The notes under the pieces were generated by a model, which was not told the DNA's origin, did not search any database, and worked only from the letters and a program-made list of their open reading frames with translations. The translations under genes and the position numbers were made by a program. From Sulfolobales archaeon (GTDB lineage Archaea; Thermoproteota; Thermoprotei_A; Sulfolobales; NBVN01), in NCBI GenBank assembly GCA_038841535.1, contig JAWBTQ010000003.1:64001-128000 (forward strand): a stretch of DNA of 64,000 nucleotides. The letters are read 5' to 3'. Position 1 is the stretch's first letter, and the number at the start of each line of letters is the position of its first letter. Below, one piece after another: positions 59,347-64,000 of the stretch.

Positions 59347-60279
59347 TCATGTGTTGAGGGTTGCTCTCAGCTTCTCTATGGTGATCCTCAACCCTGCGTG
59401 TAAAGTTATTGAAGGTTTGAAGCCGAGCTTTCTTCTCGCCCTGGTTATGTCCGCTACTGAGTGCACTATATCTTCGGGACGAGCATCCTCGTGAACCAGC
59501 CCAACATTACCCAGTCCAAGGATCCTTAGTACTTCGTTAGCTAAGTCCAGTATTCTCGTAGCTTCACCACTACCGATATTAAACACCCCTGAGGTCCTAG
59601 ACTTTAAAGCACAAACAACAGCTTGTACGACATCTGAAACGTATATGAAATCCCTCGTTTGCTCACCGGTACCGTATACTACTAGCGGCTCACCCTTCAG
59701 TGCTCTCCTAATAAACTCTACTATCACTCCTGAATAACCCGTACTCTGTTTAGGACCGTAGACGTTGAAGATCCTCAAAATCACTGGTCTAAAGCCGTAT
59801 ACCTTGGAGTAGGACATTAAGTAGAGCTCTCCAGAAGCCTTAGAAGCTCCATAGGGGGACTTAGGGTGCAGGGGGTGGTCTTCAGGTATAGGGATCTTCA
59901 CGGGATCACCGTAAACAGCAGAACTGGAAGCGTATATGAAGGAATCAACCCTCCTAGAGGCTCTAGCTAGGTTGAGAGTCCCAACTACGTTGACCTCAGT
60001 ATAGAGGTTTGGTTCTCTAAGTGATTCCCCCACGTCAGTTAGGGCAGCTAAGTGGACAACGGCATCCACACCCCGAACAGCCTTTTCAACAGCCTCATAG
60101 TCTCTAACGTCTCGGACGATCAGCTCAACACTACTTAAGACACCATGGATATTTTGGAGACTACCTCGAGAAAGATTATCCAAAACCCTCACTTCATAAC
60201 CTCTAAACACAAGCTCTCTCACGAGGTGACTCCCTATGAATCCAGCACCCCCCGTCACCAAGACTCTCAAACTATCCAT
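59347..60279 (-). CDS. NAD-dependent epimerase/dehydratase (UDP-glucose 4-epimerase-like)
   Basis: TGGAGFIGSH, SSAVYG, YGASK, FNVYGP, TRDFIYV; start could be up to 60303. Confidence 0.93.
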   Translation of the reverse strand: MDSLRVLVTGGAGFIGSHLVRELVFRGYEVRVLDNLSRGSLQNIHGVLSSVELIVRDVRDYEAVEKAVRGVDAVVHLAALTDVGESLREPNLYTEVNVVGTLNLARASRRVDSFIYASSSAVYGDPVKIPIPEDHPLHPKSPYGASKASGELYLMSYSKVYGFRPVILRIFNVYGPKQSTGYSGVIVEFIRRALKGEPLVVYGTGEQTRDFIYVSDVVQAVVCALKSRTSGVFNIGSGEATRILDLANEVLRILGLGNVGLVHEDARPEDIVHSVADITRARRKLGFKPSITLHAGLRITIEKLRATLNT

Positions 60280-61048
60280 CCGCATCAACCCATGCGTACA
60301 CAAATTCCATGATAAAAAGCGTAGTGAAACTTTATACTGTATACTGTTAATATATAACGGAAACCATAACGAAGCTACCGTGCTCTGAGGCTTGCATCAC
60401 TATAAAACTCTACTGGTGTTATTTGTATCTCGCTTCCGCGTACGTATCCGTTCATTTGCGTTTACTACTTGCGCACAGCAGTTCGCAACTCTTAAACTTA
60501 CCGGACTGGTCGACATGTTGTATACATTTTAATGGTGTGATCATGGCCCTCCGGGCGGAAGGAGAGAGTGGAAAGATTGTGCGATTAAAGAGGGTCTGGA
60601 GGTAGCTGGCTGAGGTCAGGACGAACTCGGTATCGGTCTAGCTGATGTTGCTGATCATCATACCACTCACTGTGTTCTCAGTAACCGAAATGGTTTACAC
60701 GGGCCGTAGGCGATAGCCCGAGGCCCGCACTCCATCTAATCTTCAGTATTTACTACTTACCCACGGCTTACCTCTGGGGCCAGTACCTTGCGGCCGCAGT
60801 CAAGCGGAGGGGGTGGAGAGTGATGGAGCCTTTTGAAGTAGTATTGTACGGTGCTGCGGGCCCGGTGGCTCTAGCCCTCTTAATATGTCGTACCCAACTT
60901 AACACCTCGGTCTTTAGTCCCTCTTTTTATGGATAGTTTGCCTTAACAGAGTTCTCCCGCTTTAGCGGCTAGTAGACTACGGTAGTACTAGAGTACTTTA
61001 GTTAGACTGCCGCTCACGTTTCCAGAATCTGTCTCGAGCCAGCTCTCA

Positions 61049-61226
61049 TGGATTACCGTCGCCCTGGGTTGACTAGGGCTGCGCTGGACGCTGCGCGATC
61101 CAGAGTCTTAACAGACTCAAGTAATTTACCTCCTGGAGACTGCGTAGCGTGAGGTCGAACCTGCCAAGGCTGGGAATAGAGCTACTAGTGCGGACCTTAC
61201 GGTTGGGTTTTCCATGCTGTCTCCAG
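61049..61226 (+). ncRNA. candidate structured ncRNA
   Basis: Several nested helices with G-U pairs all on the plus strand; no family recognised. Confidence 0.3.
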
Positions 61227-61389
61227 TATCCTGCTGATGTCCCTGCTTAAAACTTTCTCGGGCCTAGGCTACTTAAACACACTAGCTATCACCAGACCCG
61301 CGGAAAGCTACTGCTTTAAATAGAGCATTTCGCGGATATGGAGTGAGCCGTGGGTCTATTGGTTTATAAGTCAATAGCTCCCATGGGTG

Positions 61390-61466
61390 TGGAGCCGCCG
61401 GCGGGATTTGAACCCGCGACCACCGGCTTACGAGGCCGGCGCTCTACCACGCTGAGCTACGGCGGC
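61390..61466 (-). tRNA. tRNA-Thr(CGT)
   Basis: Cloverleaf with anticodon arm CCGGC-CTCGTAA-GCCGG; CCA encoded. Confidence 0.97.
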
Positions 61467-61583
61467 TCCACAAGTGTTGTAGTGGGTATTTTTATAAATT
61501 ACTTTCTAGGTAGGCAATCGCCACAGTCTCTAGCACGAAGAACATATTAGCTTGTAGGGTTGGTTAGTTACTGGTGAGGGGGT

Positions 61584-62186
61584 ATGGAGCGAGGCAGTAT
61601 AGTGAGCGTGATCGAGAGACTGTGGGGTCTCCGAGAGAGCTTAGCTGAGTTTAAAGAGGTTGGGCCGGGGTCTCCTCACGGTCTTTACATATACGATAAG
61701 GATAGTGACGTGTGGGTTCTATTTTCGTCTAAGGATAGTGACGTGTTTTTACCCAAGGTGGACGGTTACTACGTCATGTACTTCGACAACTCGCGCTGTT
61801 CAGCCTGCAGGAAGTACGACCTCCACTGGTTTCCGTACATTAGGCAGAACTCTCAGAGGCTCCTAGACCACTACTTTATTATAGTATTGTGCGACTGGTT
61901 TGCTAGAGAGTGCAAGTCTCCAGTTGCTAGTAATACCTTTACCTACTACGCTGTTCACGCATCACCTACTACAGTCCTTCTATATATTAAGAACGGTAAG
62001 GAGGTATATAGAGAAGCATATGATGGCTACCTCAAAATAGACGAGCTTGAGAAAGTAATCGGTGGCTTTAAGTCCCGAGTTGAGGCGTACGAGAAGGGAT
62101 TGAAAGTCAGCAAACCTATAGAAGAGGGGCAGGACATTATTAAGTTACTTAAGCAACTTCTCTCTGGTGCTCGAGAAGATGTTTAA
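61584..62186 (+). CDS. thioredoxin-fold protein
   Basis: CSAC (CxxC) after a beta strand, cis-Pro-like SPT, second Cys pair CDWFAREC. Confidence 0.78.
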   Translation: MERGSIVSVIERLWGLRESLAEFKEVGPGSPHGLYIYDKDSDVWVLFSSKDSDVFLPKVDGYYVMYFDNSRCSACRKYDLHWFPYIRQNSQRLLDHYFIIVLCDWFARECKSPVASNTFTYYAVHASPTTVLLYIKNGKEVYREAYDGYLKIDELEKVIGGFKSRVEAYEKGLKVSKPIEEGQDIIKLLKQLLSGAREDV

Positions 62187-63459
62187 TCCATACGAAATTA
62201 GAAAAGATTTTCCCATACTCAATAGAATGATTAGAGGCAGGAGACTAATCTACTTAGACAACGCAGCAACGTCTCAGAAGCCTAAGCAGGTAGTGGCAGC
62301 CATAGCTAAATATTACCTCTGGCATAACGCAAATGTACATAGAGGTCTACACACCCTCTCTCAAGAGGCAAGCCAGATGTATGAAGAGGCCCACGAGTAC
62401 GTAGCTAAGTTCATTAATGCTAGAAGCTGGGAAGAGGTGGTGTTTACGTACAACGTAACAGAAGCCATTAACCTAGTCGCTTTTACTTGGGGTTTAGCTA
62501 ACGTCAACCCTGGAGACGAGATTGTCGTTACAGTCATGGAGCACCACTCGAACATGCTTCCCTGGAGGAAGTTAGCTAAAATTAGGGGTGCTAAGGTGGT
62601 GTACGTCGACATAACTAATGGTGGTGAGCTCACATACGAGGAGTTTGAGAGAGTAATGAACAAGAGGACCAAAATTGTAGCAGCAACACTAATGAGCAAC
62701 GTTCTTGGAACAATTACCGCAGATGTGGTGAAGAATGTGGTTAAGCTGGCTCACGAACATGGTGCTGTTGTTGTAGCAGATGGAGCACAGTACGTACCAC
62801 ACGCACCAACAGACGTTCGCGACCTAGAAATAGACTTCCTGGGCTTCAGCAGTCACAAGATGCTGGGTCCTATGGGCATAGGAGTTTTGTGGGGTAGGAG
62901 GGAAATACTTGAGGAGCTAGAGCCGTTTAAATCAGGAGGAGACACTATTAAGGATGTAACACTTGATGAAGTAGTCTGGCACGACCTTCCTTGGAGATTT
63001 GAGGCTGGAACTCCAAACGTCGGTGGTGCTGTTGGACTGAAAGCAGCCGTCGAATATCTAGCGAGGCTTGGAATGGATTCGGTCAGGCAGCATGAGAAAG
63101 AGTTAGTGGGATACACTTTTAAGAGGTTTAATGAAGAACTTGGAGATGCCGTCGAAGTATACGGTCCTAAGGACCCTGAGGTCAGGGGTGGTGTTATATC
63201 TTTTAACGTAAGAGGGCTGAATCATCACTCGGTTGGCATGGCCTTAGATATGTTCGGAATAGCTGTTAGGTCAGGCAGGCACTGTGCTCACCCATTGCAT
63301 TACAGACTCGGTCTCACGGGGACTGTTAGAGCGAGTTATTATGTTTACAATGTAAAGGAGGAAGTAGACGAGCTTGTAGAGAGCCTCAAGACTATAATTA
63401 CCTTGAAGGATAAGCTTAAGTCAGGAGAAGTAGATGAAAGAGTGTGTACAGGAACTTAA
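62179..63459 (+). CDS. sufS: cysteine desulfurase (SufS family)
   Basis: YLDNAATSQKP, EHHSN, SSHKM, FEAGTP, RSGRHCA. Confidence 0.95.
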   Translation: MFNPYEIRKDFPILNRMIRGRRLIYLDNAATSQKPKQVVAAIAKYYLWHNANVHRGLHTLSQEASQMYEEAHEYVAKFINARSWEEVVFTYNVTEAINLVAFTWGLANVNPGDEIVVTVMEHHSNMLPWRKLAKIRGAKVVYVDITNGGELTYEEFERVMNKRTKIVAATLMSNVLGTITADVVKNVVKLAHEHGAVVVADGAQYVPHAPTDVRDLEIDFLGFSSHKMLGPMGIGVLWGRREILEELEPFKSGGDTIKDVTLDEVVWHDLPWRFEAGTPNVGGAVGLKAAVEYLARLGMDSVRQHEKELVGYTFKRFNEELGDAVEVYGPKDPEVRGGVISFNVRGLNHHSVGMALDMFGIAVRSGRHCAHPLHYRLGLTGTVRASYYVYNVKEEVDELVESLKTIITLKDKLKSGEVDERVCTGT

Positions 63460-64000
63460 CATCCACCCGGATCTCCATTCGAGAGAAGAGATAATCAAGA
63501 AGATAGTGAAGGAGTTACTGGAGGTTTTAGGAGAAGACCCCAGCCGTGAAGGACTTAGAGAAACACCTAGTAGAGTTTCACGCATGTGGGTTGAAGAGCT
63601 AGCGATGGGTTACTTTGTGGATCCACTAGCATACGTTAAAACCTTTGAGGTAGAGGAGTATGAAGGGCATGAAGGCTTTGTTGCTGTAACGAACATACCA
63701 ACTAGGTCTATATGCGAGCACCACCTCCTCCCCTTCTTCGGGTATACTCACGTAGTCTACATACCTTCGGGTAAAGTTCTTGGATTTAGTAAGTTTGCTA
63801 GAGTGATTAAGGTCCTCTCTAGCAAGCTCCAGATACAGGAAAGACTGACAGAGCAAATAGCAGACTTCCTTAACGAGGTTTTGAATCCAAAGGGCCTAAT
63901 AGTGCTTCAAGAAGCCCTCCACACATGCGCTCTAATTAGAGGTGTTGAGGAGTCTATGACTATGAGTACGATGGCTCTGAGAGGGATATTTAGAGAACAG
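63434..64000 (+). CDS. folE: GTP cyclohydrolase I (runs off the window end)
   Basis: Manual translation: GEDPSREGLRETPSRV, ICEHHLLPFFG, GFSKFAR, LQIQERLT, HTC...RG. Confidence 0.93.
   Translation, partial: MKECVQELNIHPDLHSREEIIKKIVKELLEVLGEDPSREGLRETPSRVSRMWVEELAMGYFVDPLAYVKTFEVEEYEGHEGFVAVTNIPTRSICEHHLLPFFGYTHVVYIPSGKVLGFSKFARVIKVLSSKLQIQERLTEQIADFLNEVLNPKGLIVLQEALHTCALIRGVEESMTMSTMALRGIFREQ

Noticed and set aside
60545-60890. GC-rich patches with a weak IS-end-like GCCCTCCGGGCGGAAGGAG and partial inverted repeats
   Set aside because: Too degenerate to assign by eye
61049-61131. Cloverleaf-like fold as a tRNA or pseudo-tRNA
   Set aside because: Lacks the TTCRA T-loop, D-loop GG and a 7-nt anticodon loop
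1-64000. CRISPR array, cas genes, rRNA or C/D-box sRNAs
   Set aside because: No regularly spaced repeats or rRNA seen; the few RTGATGA-like sites lacked convincing D boxes

Overview
A 64 kb chromosomal segment from a thermophilic Thermoproteota (crenarchaeal) archaeon, probably Desulfurococcales-like; Cren7, L13e, L34e, GatDE and GC-rich tRNAs support this. Most of it is housekeeping: ribosomal proteins, TiaS, a porCDAB-type oxidoreductase, pyruvate kinase, AspRS, Lhr, ABCE1, GatDE, MoaA, a BMP-type ABC transporter, AOR, TFB, aIF1, RIO2, SufS and FolE. It also carries four tRNAs and the RNase P RNA. Main signals beyond the ORF track: (1) a five-gene operon joining a type IV pilin, an intein-split pilus ATPase, a TadC-like platform protein, a 693-aa UpsX-sized beta-rich protein and a VirB4/CedB-like ATPase, a candidate pilus-coupled DNA-transfer system, with a TFB3-like gene and Lhr nearby; (2) an unannotated 28-aa Glu/Trp peptide directly upstream of ABCE1; (3) an ORB-bearing replication-origin candidate at 8.2-8.5 kb with no cdc6 gene; (4) three diverged ~200-bp repeats that look like tnpB/omegaRNA mini-elements, plus other IS-end remnants; (5) three conserved genes that seem to need near-cognate starts (CTG, ATA, ATC); (6) a densely paired candidate ncRNA near tRNA-Thr(CGT). 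All calls come from visual motif recognition; no searches were run.
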